Source of the DNA: Opitutia bacterium
GTDB lineage: Bacteria > Verrucomicrobiota > Verrucomicrobiia > Opitutales > T3Sed10-336
NCBI GenBank assembly: GCA_003566375.1
Contig: PXDN01000313.1
Location: forward strand, 1-58,635
Reading direction: 5' to 3'
DNA: 58,635 nucleotides
A program made the position numbers and the translations under genes. Shown here piece by piece: positions 1 to 9,142 of this stretch (the first letter of the stretch is position 1; each line of letters begins with the position of its first letter). Below the pieces are notes generated by a model that was not told where the DNA came from, searched no databases, and worked only from the letters and a program-made list of their open reading frames with translations.

Positions 1-2
1 AC

Positions 3-1061
3 GTCCAAGCCGAGGGCTTTCTCTACGCCGGTCGCGAGGGTGACGGAACCATCAATGTGACCGGGGGCGGAACCATCAATCATGGCGGCGTTTTATACGT
101 TGCGCGGGAAGACACCGCGGTGGGCCATGTGCTGGTGAGCGGGGAGAATTCCCGCATCCATGCCGGAAGTGACGCCCGCATCGGGGCCACGCCCTCATTG
201 GAGCCAACCGGCGGGATTGCCACGATTGAAATCAGCGACGGCGGCGTGATTGCCACCGATGCCAATTTTGTCTTGCGCGGAGACAGTACGGTCACGCTGG
301 ACGGTGGTACCATTGAACTGGTGGCCGACGACGAAACCGGTGAAACCGGTGAAGTGTCCATTGAGACTCCCTCGATTCTTACCGGGGCAGGCACCATTGA
401 CGGCCGATTGGCAGTCGGTACCGGCGCGCTGGTTCAGGGCACCGGAAACGGCATCACGGTTACGGGCGCCTTGTCCGGCACCGGAACGGTGGAAAACCTC
501 AATTTGGGGGTGGTGCAAGCGCTCACGTCCGAGGACACCCTGACGTTGAACAACACCGGCTTCTTGGAAGGCGCCGCTTTGAATATCGTGGTGGATGCTT
601 CCACTGAGGGCACCATCACCGCCGACGCGGCGACCGATTTCAGCAACGCGAACCTGACGGTCACCTTCGAGCCGTTTGAGCCGGGCACCTCGGCCACCTT
701 CCAATTGTTCACCGGGGAGGCCGCGTTGACCTTCGCCAGCATGAGCCTGCCCTCCGGCTGGGAGTTGACCGGCGAAGGGGTGCTTCAGCACACCGGAGCC
801 GATCCCGACCCGGACGGCGCTTTCGCCGACTGGGCGGCTTCCTTCGGGTTGAGCGGGGCCGACGCCGAAACGGGCGCGAATCCGGCCGGCGACGGTTTCA
901 CCAACACCCAAAAATTCGCTTTCGGGATCGACCCGACGGTGGCGGTGGGCGGCGCTCCGGACGGTTACACCCGTTTTGAGTGGACGACTTCGGTCAGCGG
1001 CGGCGAAGGCCAGGCTTTCTACCGCGCCCGCGCGGTGGTGGAAGCGGCTCTGCTGCCGTAA
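3..1061 (+). CDS. C-terminal fragment of a large secreted beta-strand-repeat surface protein (5' end outside the window)
   Basis: The frame is open from nt 3 with no stop; the track start at 57 is an internal GTG. G/T/V-rich repeats (GGTINHGG, DGGTIELV, GTGALVQGTGNGITVTG) are typical of beta-helical adhesin-like proteins. The tail DPDPDG...FAFGIDP...FYRARAVVE resembles C-termini of other secreted proteins in this window. A terminator follows. Confidence 0.7.
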   Translation, partial: VQAEGFLYAGREGDGTINVTGGGTINHGGVLYVAREDTAVGHVLVSGENSRIHAGSDARIGATPSLEPTGGIATIEISDGGVIATDANFVLRGDSTVTLDGGTIELVADDETGETGEVSIETPSILTGAGTIDGRLAVGTGALVQGTGNGITVTGALSGTGTVENLNLGVVQALTSEDTLTLNNTGFLEGAALNIVVDASTEGTITADAATDFSNANLTVTFEPFEPGTSATFQLFTGEAALTFASMSLPSGWELTGEGVLQHTGADPDPDGAFADWAASFGLSGADAETGANPAGDGFTNTQKFAFGIDPTVAVGGAPDGYTRFEWTTSVSGGEGQAFYRARAVVEAALLP

Positions 1062-1114
1062 TCGGTTAATCAGTCAGCCGGCGGCCAAACCGCCGCCTGG
1101 TTTTGTTTTGGCAA

Positions 1115-1144
1115 GGCCGGTCCCGCTCGGGACCGGCCTTTTTT
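1115..1144 (+). terminator. Rho-independent terminator
   Basis: Hairpin GGCCGGTCCC-GCTC-GGGACCGGCC followed by TTTTTT, about 54 nt after the stop at 1061. Confidence 0.75.
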
Positions 1145-1345
1145 GCGGATGGTCGGGGCCTGTCTGCCGACAGACAGGCAGGCCGGGCAGGCGGAAGGCC
1201 GCTCCTGCACGCACGGAACCGGTGGGAAGCACTGTGTCGAAGATCCCGGCTTGCCCTACTTTCAGATCGCGAAACTTAGCCATCCCTCCCTTGTAATTTT
1301 TCCGTTCCCTCACCCTCCCGCTTGCCACGCCGGGGCGTTTAACCA

Positions 1346-2014
1346 ATGTTCGATCCCATGTCGAACGCGATGCAGGAGTTGAAGGAGACGATGGCCCGCT
1401 TGAGGAGCCCGGGCGGCTGCCCGTGGGATTTGGAGCAGGATCACCGGTCGATCGCCCGGTGCCTGATAGAAGAGTGCGCGGAGTTGCTGGAGACCATCGA
1501 CCGGGGAGACATGGAGCACATGCGGGAGGAGCTGGGAGATGTTCTCCTGCAAGTGGTTTTTCACGCCCGCATGGCCGAGGAGGCGGGCCATTTCGCCTTT
1601 GACGACGTGGCAGCGGAGATTAACAACAAACTGATCCGCAGGCATCCCCATGTTTTTGGCGATTCCAAGGCAAGCAATGCAGAAGATGTTCTCGAACAAT
1701 GGGAAAAAATTAAATCGGGAGAAAAAAACCGCCCCGGCCCGAATGGGTTTTTCAAGGAGTTGCCCGCCGTCCTCCCCGCTTTATTGCGGGCTTGGGAGAT
1801 GGCCAAGCAGGTTGAAAAAAAAGGCATGGTGGAGGAAATTTTGCCCAATGCGGATAAAATCAAGGACTTGGCCAAGCATTTGACGGAGGAAAAGGCGGGA
1901 GAGCAGTTGTTCACTTTGGCGGCGGCTTGCCGACTGGCGGGAATTGATCCGGAATCGGCTTTACGGCGGCGCACCGCCCGGCTAATAGAGGATACTGAAA
2001 CTCGCATGGCCTGA
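1346..2014 (+). CDS. mazG: Nucleoside triphosphate pyrophosphohydrolase MazG
   Basis: 222 aa with ATG start. MazG signatures: CPWDLEQDHRSIARCLIEECAELLETI, EELGDVLLQVVFHARMAEE, INNKLIRRHPHVFG. Confidence 0.9.
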   Translation: MFDPMSNAMQELKETMARLRSPGGCPWDLEQDHRSIARCLIEECAELLETIDRGDMEHMREELGDVLLQVVFHARMAEEAGHFAFDDVAAEINNKLIRRHPHVFGDSKASNAEDVLEQWEKIKSGEKNRPGPNGFFKELPAVLPALLRAWEMAKQVEKKGMVEEILPNADKIKDLAKHLTEEKAGEQLFTLAAACRLAGIDPESALRRRTARLIEDTETRMA

Positions 2015-2029
2015 TCTTGGAATTTCACA

Positions 2030-2824
2030 ATGAAGAAAGCCTCACCCGCGACGGCCCCCCGTTCCGTTCCCTTGTCCGGACAAGGAACCCTGCGTTTGCG
2101 CACCGAAACCGGAGTGATCTCCGTTCGTTGTCTGTGGAAACGGTCCGTCCGCGCCCGCCACCTCCGCCTCACCATTGACCGGCAGAATCAAGTGGTGGTG
2201 ACGCTGCCCCCCCGCTGCCCGGTTGAAAGAGGATTCCGGTTCGTGGAAACCAAGGCGGAGTGGGTGGTGCGGCACTTGGCCTCGCGTCCGCCTCCCGAGA
2301 CCCTCGCCGCTTTTCTGGCGCGCAAGAGAAGTCTTACCGCCCATGGCCGCAACATTCCCCTGTTGATGCGGGCCAACACCAAAAATCCCGCCTTCGAGTG
2401 GAAGCCGGCGGCCGGCCACATACGACTGGCCCATGACGACGGCCGCCACGGGGAGGCGGTATTGGTCGCGATGCTGCGCGACTGGGCGGCGGAGGTGTTG
2501 GCGAAACGCACCCTCGATTTCGCGGCGCGCCACGGATTGCGGGTGAAACGGGTGACCGTCCGCGACCAGGCCTCCCGCTGGGGATCCTGCTCCTCCAAGG
2601 GAACGGTTTCGCTGAACTGGCGCTTGATTTTGCTTCCGCCGGTGATTCAGGACTACGTCATCCTGCACGAACTCGCCCACTTGAAAGTCATGAACCATTC
2701 GGACCGCTACTGGTTGTATTTACAGGGCTTGGACGCACGGGCGGCGGAGCACGACGCCGAACTCTCCCGCCTTGCTTCCCAAGTCATGGGACTGGGCCGA
2801 CGGGAACGGGCGGCCTGCGTCTGA
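2030..2824 (+). CDS. YgjP/DUF45-family zinc metallohydrolase (M48-like)
   Basis: 264 aa. The C-terminal SRWGSCSSKGTVSLNWRLILLPPVIQDYVILHELAHLKVMNHSDRYW carries the HExxH motif typical of the family. It starts 16 nt after mazG. Confidence 0.8.
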   Translation: MKKASPATAPRSVPLSGQGTLRLRTETGVISVRCLWKRSVRARHLRLTIDRQNQVVVTLPPRCPVERGFRFVETKAEWVVRHLASRPPPETLAAFLARKRSLTAHGRNIPLLMRANTKNPAFEWKPAAGHIRLAHDDGRHGEAVLVAMLRDWAAEVLAKRTLDFAARHGLRVKRVTVRDQASRWGSCSSKGTVSLNWRLILLPPVIQDYVILHELAHLKVMNHSDRYWLYLQGLDARAAEHDAELSRLASQVMGLGRRERAACV

Positions 2825-2852
2825 AGCGGAAACCGGCAGCGGCATTCAATTC

Positions 2853-3782
2853 ATGGATACGGAAAACCTTTCAACCGCCCAGCGCCAATGGCTGGATGCG
2901 TTTGAAAACTGGTTGGAAAAAGAGCGTCAATACTCTCCCCACACCCTGAGAAATTACCGGGCGGCGGTGCTGGGGTTTTGGGAGTGGCTGCGGCTCGACG
3001 GCGGGGATGGCGGAGATCCCGACTCCGTCACGCCTAGACAAGTCCGTTCTTTTTTGGTGGACCGGCAACGCGCGGCCTCGAGACGCACCTTGCACAACCA
3101 GGTTTCCGGCATCCGGGTTTTTTTCCGGTATGCCGTGCGGCAAGGTTGGGCGTCCAAAAATCCGTTTACCGGCGTTTCCCTGCCCAAGCTCGACCGGCCG
3201 TTGCCGAAGTTTCTCACCGAGGAGCAAATCCGGCGTTTGCTCGACGGGCCCAGGCGTTTGCTGGAAAACGGCTCCGCCGACGCTTTCACCGCTTGGAGGG
3301 ACCTGTTGATTCTGGAGCTGTTGTATGGCGGTGGCTTCCGGGTGAGCGAAGCGGTGGCGTTGAATTACGGGCAAATCGACACCGCCACCGGTGTGGCGAG
3401 GGTTCGGGGCAAGGGAAACAAAGAACGGCTTTGCCCGATCGGCCGCGCGGCCCTGGCCTGTCTTTTGAAATTCCGGGCCGACCACGCCCCGGCTTCCGGA
3501 GTGCTCGATCCGGTCTTGATCGATGCCCGCGGAAAACGGCTCTACCCGCGGATGATCCAGCTTTTGCTCAAGCGCTACCTGGCCCTCGCCGACTTGCCGA
3601 TGGATTTGACCCCCCACAAGATCCGGCATTCCTACGCCACCCATTTGCTCAATAACGGGGCCGACCTGCGGCTGGTACAGGACCTCCTCGGGCACGCGAA
3701 TTTGTCAACCACCCAAGTGTACACCCATGTCACCATCGACCGGCTTCGGGAAGCCTACCGGCAAGCCCATCCCCGCGCCTGA
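2853..3782 (+). CDS. Tyrosine site-specific recombinase, XerC/XerD type
   Basis: The track ORF (2772) begins inside the preceding gene. The first ATG at 2853 (MDTENLSTAQRQWL) gives 309 aa. Motifs: ELLYGGGFRVSEAVAL and HKIRHSYATHLLNNGADLRLVQDLLGHANLSTTQVYTHV (H-x-x-R...Y). I cannot distinguish XerC from XerD by eye. Confidence 0.88.
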   Translation: MDTENLSTAQRQWLDAFENWLEKERQYSPHTLRNYRAAVLGFWEWLRLDGGDGGDPDSVTPRQVRSFLVDRQRAASRRTLHNQVSGIRVFFRYAVRQGWASKNPFTGVSLPKLDRPLPKFLTEEQIRRLLDGPRRLLENGSADAFTAWRDLLILELLYGGGFRVSEAVALNYGQIDTATGVARVRGKGNKERLCPIGRAALACLLKFRADHAPASGVLDPVLIDARGKRLYPRMIQLLLKRYLALADLPMDLTPHKIRHSYATHLLNNGADLRLVQDLLGHANLSTTQVYTHVTIDRLREAYRQAHPRA

Positions 3783-3911
3783 AGGTCTCCGGCTTCGCAC
3801 GCCCATGTCAGTGTGAAAGCGGCATCCCGCTTTTGGCACCCTGTGGTGAAAAGGGCAAATCTCCCGCCCGGGCTTTAAGCCCATGCCTGGGGAGAAGGCC
3901 GAAATTCGAAG

Positions 3912-3939
3912 TTGACAATCTGTTAAGCAAAGTTGTAAT
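3912..3939 (+). promoter_or_regulatory. Candidate sigma-70-like promoter of the CHRD gene
   Basis: TTGACA (3912-3917), 16 nt spacer, TGTAAT (3934-3939), about 115 nt upstream of ATG 4053. Pattern match by eye only. Confidence 0.35.
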
Positions 3940-4052
3940 TCCACATCAGTTTACCTAATTAAGCGGAGGTTCCAGCCTCCCGGGATGTCTGAGCATCCCC
4001 TCCTGTCAGCACTCATTCGCAGATCCGCTCACCAATTCAAATTGTTGATGAA

Positions 4053-4592
4053 ATGAAATTTTTTCCTGCAGGCATCGTTTTCGCGGGGCTTTTGGCCACC
4101 GCCGCCGTCGTTTCGGCCAATGTGGTTGTTTTTAATTTTCCCCTCTCAGGGGATCAGGAAGTTCCCCCCGTGACGACCCCGGCAACCGGTTTCGCCTCGG
4201 TTATGCTGGATATGGATTCCAATTTCCTAACTTGGGATATTTCCTACCAAGACTTAAAGGCTCCATTAACGGGGGCCCATTTTCACGGACCGGCTGATTT
4301 TGGAGTTAACGCTTCTGTATTGGTGAATTTGTTTCCCACCACAGGGGTCACATCGGGAACGATTGCCGGGTCCACCACCTTGGCGGAAGCGCAGGGGTTT
4401 TCCGCAAATGAAATCCGTGATTTCATCGCGGGGGGGATGACCTACATCAATTTGCACTCGGATGGCGCCCAGGGCGGCCATGGCGCCGGCGAGTTGCGCG
4501 GGCAAGTGGTTCCCGAACCGCGAACCTACGGGCTGATGGCTGGAATTCTCGCTCTTGGCGCCGCGTTTTATTGGCGCCGCCGTCGTTGCTGA
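4053..4592 (+). CDS. CHRD-domain protein with PEP-CTERM sorting signal
   Basis: 179 aa. Signal peptide MKFFPAGIVFAGLLATAAVVSA, CHRD-like LTGAHFHGPA core, and C-terminal VPEP-RTYGLMAGILALGAAFYW-RRRRC (PEP motif, TM helix, basic tail). Confidence 0.8.
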   Translation: MKFFPAGIVFAGLLATAAVVSANVVVFNFPLSGDQEVPPVTTPATGFASVMLDMDSNFLTWDISYQDLKAPLTGAHFHGPADFGVNASVLVNLFPTTGVTSGTIAGSTTLAEAQGFSANEIRDFIAGGMTYINLHSDGAQGGHGAGELRGQVVPEPRTYGLMAGILALGAAFYWRRRRC

Positions 4593-4623
4593 CGTAAAAG
4601 CTCATTCTGCATCGGTTGAACGC

Positions 4624-4653
4624 AAACGGCACGGGATTCACCCGTGCCGTTTT
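4624..4653. terminator. Bidirectional rho-independent terminator between convergent genes
   Basis: AAACGGCACGGG-ATTCA-CCCGTGCCGTTT(T): a 12-bp stem with a T-run on the + strand and TTT on the - strand. It lies between the stops at 4592 (+) and 4729 (-). Confidence 0.7.
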
Positions 4654-4728
4654 GCATGGGTGTAATCAATGGCGGATGTTTTTGATAACCAATCGATCTT
4701 ATCCGGTGGAATGGACTCTTTTCCGGAA

Positions 4729-6894
4729 TCACTCCAGCACCGCGCGAACCCGTGTAAAGAGGGTCTCCGCCAAGTCGCCGGAAAGACTGGCCGACCGGCC
4801 GATGCGTCCCCAACCGTGCTCCCCCGGAACATCATCGACCGGCCAGGCGGCGGGTGTCCAGTGGATCAAATCGGTGGAGTGCTCGACGATCACCGTGGTG
4901 TCGGCGTCGGGATTTTCCAACCACAACAGCTCCATGCTCCCGTTTTCCGTCCGGCGCAGGCGCGGCAGATCGTTTGGCCCGGCCCGGTGGTTGCGTTCGA
5001 TGCCGAAGGCGTGGCGCAGCACGTTGGGCAGCCCGTCGTCGGCGCGGGGAACTGCGTTTGGGCGTGTCAGCTCGCCCTCGTCGCGCTCGGAGCGGGTGAA
5101 ATTGCGGTGAATCCAAAGGTCCCAATTGGAGAAGGTGGTGCGGACGTTTCCGCTGGTGCGCAGGCGAACCGCGTCGGGGGAAGGCTTTTCGCAGCCGCTG
5201 GTGCTGTCTGATTGGTGAAAGCGAAAGGTGCCGAGGGTACCGCCGCCATAGCGGGAGACCAAGTAGTTGTTGCGGTATTCGTTAAACCATGACGGGCATT
5301 CCGGAGTCGGCTTGGTGCAGTCCTCGCGGACGTCGTTGTCGCAATACCATTCCGAGTAGCCGTCGGTGCCGGCGAGGATGTGGACGTTGTCGCTGATGTA
5401 ATTGGCGTTGGAAAAATCGCGCACCCGCACCGGGTCGCCCGAGTGGTTGATGAAGCGGTTGCGGGATATCACGTTCATGTCGGCCAAGTGGGCGGCGTAG
5501 ATGGCGTGGATGAGCCCGCCGCCGGTGGTGTTCACGACGTCGATAAAATCGTTGTTGTGGATGATGTTGTCCTTGGAATTGACGAAGCGGATAACCGCGG
5601 TGGAGGGGGACAGCGACGGATTGAAGAGGTTGCCGATGCGGTAAAAGTAACATCCCTCGACGCGGTTGTTGGCGTTGTAGCCGTTGATATTGTTGCGGTT
5701 GCCGTTGAGGGAGATGGCGGTCTCATAATACTCGATGCGGAGATGAAGGAATTCAAGGTTGGTGTTGTTGCCGTTGGAATGGTTCAGGCGAAACCAAGTG
5801 CCGCCGGGGGCCGAACCATCCGGCAGGCGTCCGTCGAAAATCACACGCCCCTCGTCTCCCGGGGCCGGGGCGAAGCGGATGCGGTGGGCCGGGCGCACGT
5901 AGCTCCAGACCACGGTTTGCCCGTGGTAGCGGCCCGGCCCGATGACGATTTTCACATCCTGGGCCGGGGAGCGTCCGGCGAGAATTTGCTGGGCGCGGGT
6001 GAGACTCAGAACCGGATCTTCCGGTGAGAGACCGCTGTTCTGTTCCCGGCCGTCGGGGGAGAGAAAAATTTTGAAGAAATCCCCGTCTTCCACCGGGGGA
6101 GGCGGCTCGGGGTCGGGATCGCCGGTCGCCTCAATCCAAGCGCCCGCGCGGACCACCAAATTGTCCATGAAAAATTCGCAAACCTCGTTGGCAAAGGCGC
6201 CGATGCCGATGGAGGTCAGGGCGGTGTCCAGAGAAAGGGCCGGTTCGTGAGTATTGTTTTGGTGATCGGATAAAACCCGTTGGCCGTCGACCCAAACATC
6301 GTAGCTGTCGGGCGCGACCGAGAAATTGCCGTGGTAGTCGGCCACGGTTTGGGAGGAGTTGTTGTAAACGATTTGGATGGTGTGGCGGGTGTTGGGGCTG
6401 AACACCGCGGAGGAGCCCGCGAAGGCGCCCCCGGTTCCAAACAGGTTGTCCTGGCGGGTGCGGGCGTTGTTGGCGGCGACCGGATCGTTGATGCCGAGGC
6501 GGACGCGCGGTCCCGCGCCGTTGGAGGCCCCCCAGGTGGTTTGGGAGGGCTTGTGAAAATCAAACCGCACCGTCACCACTGGAGCGGCGGCGGCGAAACG
6601 GTTGACGGCGGTGAGGAAAAGGGCGGAACCGGTGTCGCGCTTGTGGAAATGCAGGTAAGGATTCCCGGCGGTGCCGAAGTAGTGTTCGCTGTTGGCCTCG
6701 GTGATGCGAATCCAATTGTTCTCCGTGGCGTTGCGAACTCCCGGCGGCCCCCAGACCGCGGAGGCGGGTTCGCCGTTCGGTCCGGGATCGGAAAAATCGG
6801 TTTCAAAGAGAATTTCCTGCGGGAACGCAGTCAGGGAGAGGAAAAGAAAGGCGGTTCCCGCGGTCGCTGCCAAACGAAATGTGAATTTCTTCAT
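4729..6894 (-). CDS. Secreted right-handed parallel beta-helix (pectate-lyase-fold) protein, function unknown
   Basis: 721 aa. Signal peptide MKKFTFRLAATAGTAFLFLSLTAFPQE. Repeats IHNNDFIDVVNTTGGG / ISRNRFINHSGDPVRVRD / ISDNVHI are typical of beta-helix glycan-active enzymes. C-terminal module ...GLPNVLRHAFGIE...EHSTDLIHWTP...LFTRVRAVLE. Confidence 0.7.
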   Translation of the reverse strand: MKKFTFRLAATAGTAFLFLSLTAFPQEILFETDFSDPGPNGEPASAVWGPPGVRNATENNWIRITEANSEHYFGTAGNPYLHFHKRDTGSALFLTAVNRFAAAAPVVTVRFDFHKPSQTTWGASNGAGPRVRLGINDPVAANNARTRQDNLFGTGGAFAGSSAVFSPNTRHTIQIVYNNSSQTVADYHGNFSVAPDSYDVWVDGQRVLSDHQNNTHEPALSLDTALTSIGIGAFANEVCEFFMDNLVVRAGAWIEATGDPDPEPPPPVEDGDFFKIFLSPDGREQNSGLSPEDPVLSLTRAQQILAGRSPAQDVKIVIGPGRYHGQTVVWSYVRPAHRIRFAPAPGDEGRVIFDGRLPDGSAPGGTWFRLNHSNGNNTNLEFLHLRIEYYETAISLNGNRNNINGYNANNRVEGCYFYRIGNLFNPSLSPSTAVIRFVNSKDNIIHNNDFIDVVNTTGGGLIHAIYAAHLADMNVISRNRFINHSGDPVRVRDFSNANYISDNVHILAGTDGYSEWYCDNDVREDCTKPTPECPSWFNEYRNNYLVSRYGGGTLGTFRFHQSDSTSGCEKPSPDAVRLRTSGNVRTTFSNWDLWIHRNFTRSERDEGELTRPNAVPRADDGLPNVLRHAFGIERNHRAGPNDLPRLRRTENGSMELLWLENPDADTTVIVEHSTDLIHWTPAAWPVDDVPGEHGWGRIGRSASLSGDLAETLFTRVRAVLE

Positions 6895-6986
6895 AAAGGA
6901 TTGATCATGCTGTGGTGGATGGAAGTCAAAACCCGGTGGAACTGTTCAGTGGAAGCGGCGGACCGTCTGCCCGGACCGCCGACGGG

Positions 6987-7862
6987 TCAGGGCTCTCCGG
7001 TTTCGTTGGCCAGTTCCCGGCGCAACTCGGCCAGGGCGGCCTCGACCCGCGATTTGTTGCGGGCTAGAATCCGTTCGGAAACTTCACTCAAATACTTTTC
7101 GGCCTCCACGGGCTGGCGGCGTTTCACCGCCACCTTTGCGAGATGCAACTGAATCGCCTGCCGTTCGATGCCGGGTTTGGCCCTCGGCAACAGGCCAAGC
7201 CACGCCTTCTCCGCTTCTTCCCAGCGGGGCGTTTCCAAATCGTAGTACGCTTCGGCGTGCCGGTAGGCCAATGTCAGGTCGTCCGGGGAGAGTTCGGCCG
7301 CCTTGGCGAAGGCGGCCAGCATTTTTCGATCCAGCACTTGGCGGGTGAAGATTTCCGCCTCCACAAACTCTCCTTGAAAATGGTACAGCAGCTTTCCAAG
7401 CTGCAAGTGGTAAAGAGACTCCCGCGGCTCCAGCTCGATGGCGGCGAGATAATACGGCAAAGCTTGGTCAAAATTCCCCGATTCCGCCAAATGGTTGCCG
7501 AGCTGGTTTTTCACCAGGGGAATGTTCGGGTCCAGCCGGTTGGCTTGCAAATACATGGCCCGGGCCGCTTCCTCCTGGCCGATTCTGTCGAGAACCAAGG
7601 CATACGCGACATGGGCAGCGGCGAAATCAGGGTTTTCCTGAATCAGCGAGTCGTATTTGTAAACCAGCTCTTGGTAGCGGCGTTCCAGCAGCGATTCGTC
7701 ATGGCTGCCGTCCGGGCGTTTGGACGCGGCCAGCAGGCGGCGCTCCTCTTGCACCAACTGGCGCAGGCGGCGCTCGGCCAGCGTTTCGCCGGATCGTTCT
7801 TGCGCGTGAACGGCGGTGGCGGCCAAGGCCAGAACCATCAGCCATGTGAGAATTTGTTTCAT
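6987..7862 (-). CDS. Secreted TPR-repeat protein
   Basis: I chose the start at internal ATG 7862 (MKQILTWLMVLALAATAVHAQE signal peptide). The 8207 track start would overlap the divergent gene. TPR-like A/L/Y-rich 34-aa helical repeats (e.g. AAHVAYALVLDRIGQEEAARAMYLQANRLDPN). Confidence 0.75.
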   Translation of the reverse strand: MKQILTWLMVLALAATAVHAQERSGETLAERRLRQLVQEERRLLAASKRPDGSHDESLLERRYQELVYKYDSLIQENPDFAAAHVAYALVLDRIGQEEAARAMYLQANRLDPNIPLVKNQLGNHLAESGNFDQALPYYLAAIELEPRESLYHLQLGKLLYHFQGEFVEAEIFTRQVLDRKMLAAFAKAAELSPDDLTLAYRHAEAYYDLETPRWEEAEKAWLGLLPRAKPGIERQAIQLHLAKVAVKRRQPVEAEKYLSEVSERILARNKSRVEAALAELRRELANETGEP

Positions 7863-7935
7863 CGTGGTTGGGATAACGGCTTGTCCCGCCGGGCCGGAAT
7901 TGGCAAATGTTTTTGAGTTTTTGGCGAAATCTGGC

Positions 7936-9075
7936 ATGTTGGAATCTTGTTGCATCATGACTGGAAAGAACGCCGGAAGTTCCTTTTTGAAACGGACATC
8001 GCACCTGCCCCGCCAATGGGTGCGCGGTTTTCTCGACGGTTGGGGATGGAGAAGGCACCACGCCCCGAATCCACCCCTCAACCATGACAAACCCCACCAC
8101 GTCGAAAACGGTTTCCGCAATCCCCACCCCCATGACCACCACAACTTCCGCGATTTTTTCCGCTGGCAGCTCCGTCTCGGCAAACGGGAAATCCGCCCCG
8201 TGGCCAAAAAAGACCTTCCCCGCCGCTACAAACCCCGGCGCGTGAAGCCCAATCTCGACACCCTGCACAGTCCGGATCCCTCCATCCTCCAAATCACCTG
8301 GATCGGCCACACCACCTTTCTGATCCAGGCCGAGGGGGTGAATCTGCTCACCGACCCGATTTTCAGCCAACGCTGCTCTCCCCTCCGTTTTGTCGGCCCC
8401 CGTCGCAAAGCGCCTCCGGGATTGCACCCCTCGCAACTGCCGCCCATCGACGCGGTGGTGATTAGCCACGACCACTACGACCACCTCGACCGGCAGTCGA
8501 TCCTCATGCTCGGCAACCGCCCGCGCTATTATTTGCCGCTCGGCCTTTCCGCGTGGTTCCGCAAGCGGGGCCTCACCAATTTTGAGGAAAAAGACTGGGG
8601 GGACAGCACCGAAAACGGGCCGTTGCGGCTCCACTGTCTCCCGGCCCAGCATTTTTCCGGCCGCAGCCTTTTCGACCGCAACCGCACCCTTTGGTGCAGT
8701 TGGGCCATCGAACTCGCCGGAAGACGGATTTATTTTCTCGGCGACACCGGTTACGCGCCTTACTTTCGGGAAACGGGTGAAAGGATGGGGCCGTTTGATT
8801 GCGCTCTCATTCCGATTGGGGCGTATCGGCCAAGATGGTACATGAACGGCATCCATGTGGACACGCGCGAGGCGGTGCAAATTCACAAAGACGTGCAATC
8901 CCGTTTCTCCATCGCCTCCCATTGGGGGACATTCAAATTGGCGGAAGAACCGGCCCACGAACCGCCGCATTATCTGGACAAGGTTCTGGCCGAGGAGGGG
9001 ATTTCCCGCGACCTTTTCCGGGTGCTGGATTTCGGGGAAACCGTTCAACTCGTGCCCGACGAAGACAGCCGCTGA
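7936..9075 (+). CDS. MBL-fold metallo-hydrolase (NAPE-PLD-like Zn-dependent hydrolase)
   Basis: Motifs ITWIGHTTFLIQAEGVNLLTDPIFS and VVISHDHYDHLD. The start is ambiguous (ATG 7936 or 7957). The long antisense ORF 7699..9048 has no recognisable motifs. Confidence 0.8.
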   Translation: MLESCCIMTGKNAGSSFLKRTSHLPRQWVRGFLDGWGWRRHHAPNPPLNHDKPHHVENGFRNPHPHDHHNFRDFFRWQLRLGKREIRPVAKKDLPRRYKPRRVKPNLDTLHSPDPSILQITWIGHTTFLIQAEGVNLLTDPIFSQRCSPLRFVGPRRKAPPGLHPSQLPPIDAVVISHDHYDHLDRQSILMLGNRPRYYLPLGLSAWFRKRGLTNFEEKDWGDSTENGPLRLHCLPAQHFSGRSLFDRNRTLWCSWAIELAGRRIYFLGDTGYAPYFRETGERMGPFDCALIPIGAYRPRWYMNGIHVDTREAVQIHKDVQSRFSIASHWGTFKLAEEPAHEPPHYLDKVLAEEGISRDLFRVLDFGETVQLVPDEDSR

Positions 9076-9142
9076 CGGCAGCCATGCAGTGCGCCCTCAC
9101 TCCAGCGTTGCGATAACCGGAGCGGTGCGCCACAACGGCGGC

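Noticed and set aside
2853-3782. The tyrosine recombinase as the integrase of a mobile element or genomic island
   Set aside because: Its sequence is XerC/XerD-like. It sits in an apparent mazG-ygjP-xer housekeeping string. I saw no flanking tRNA, direct repeats, phage or conjugation genes.
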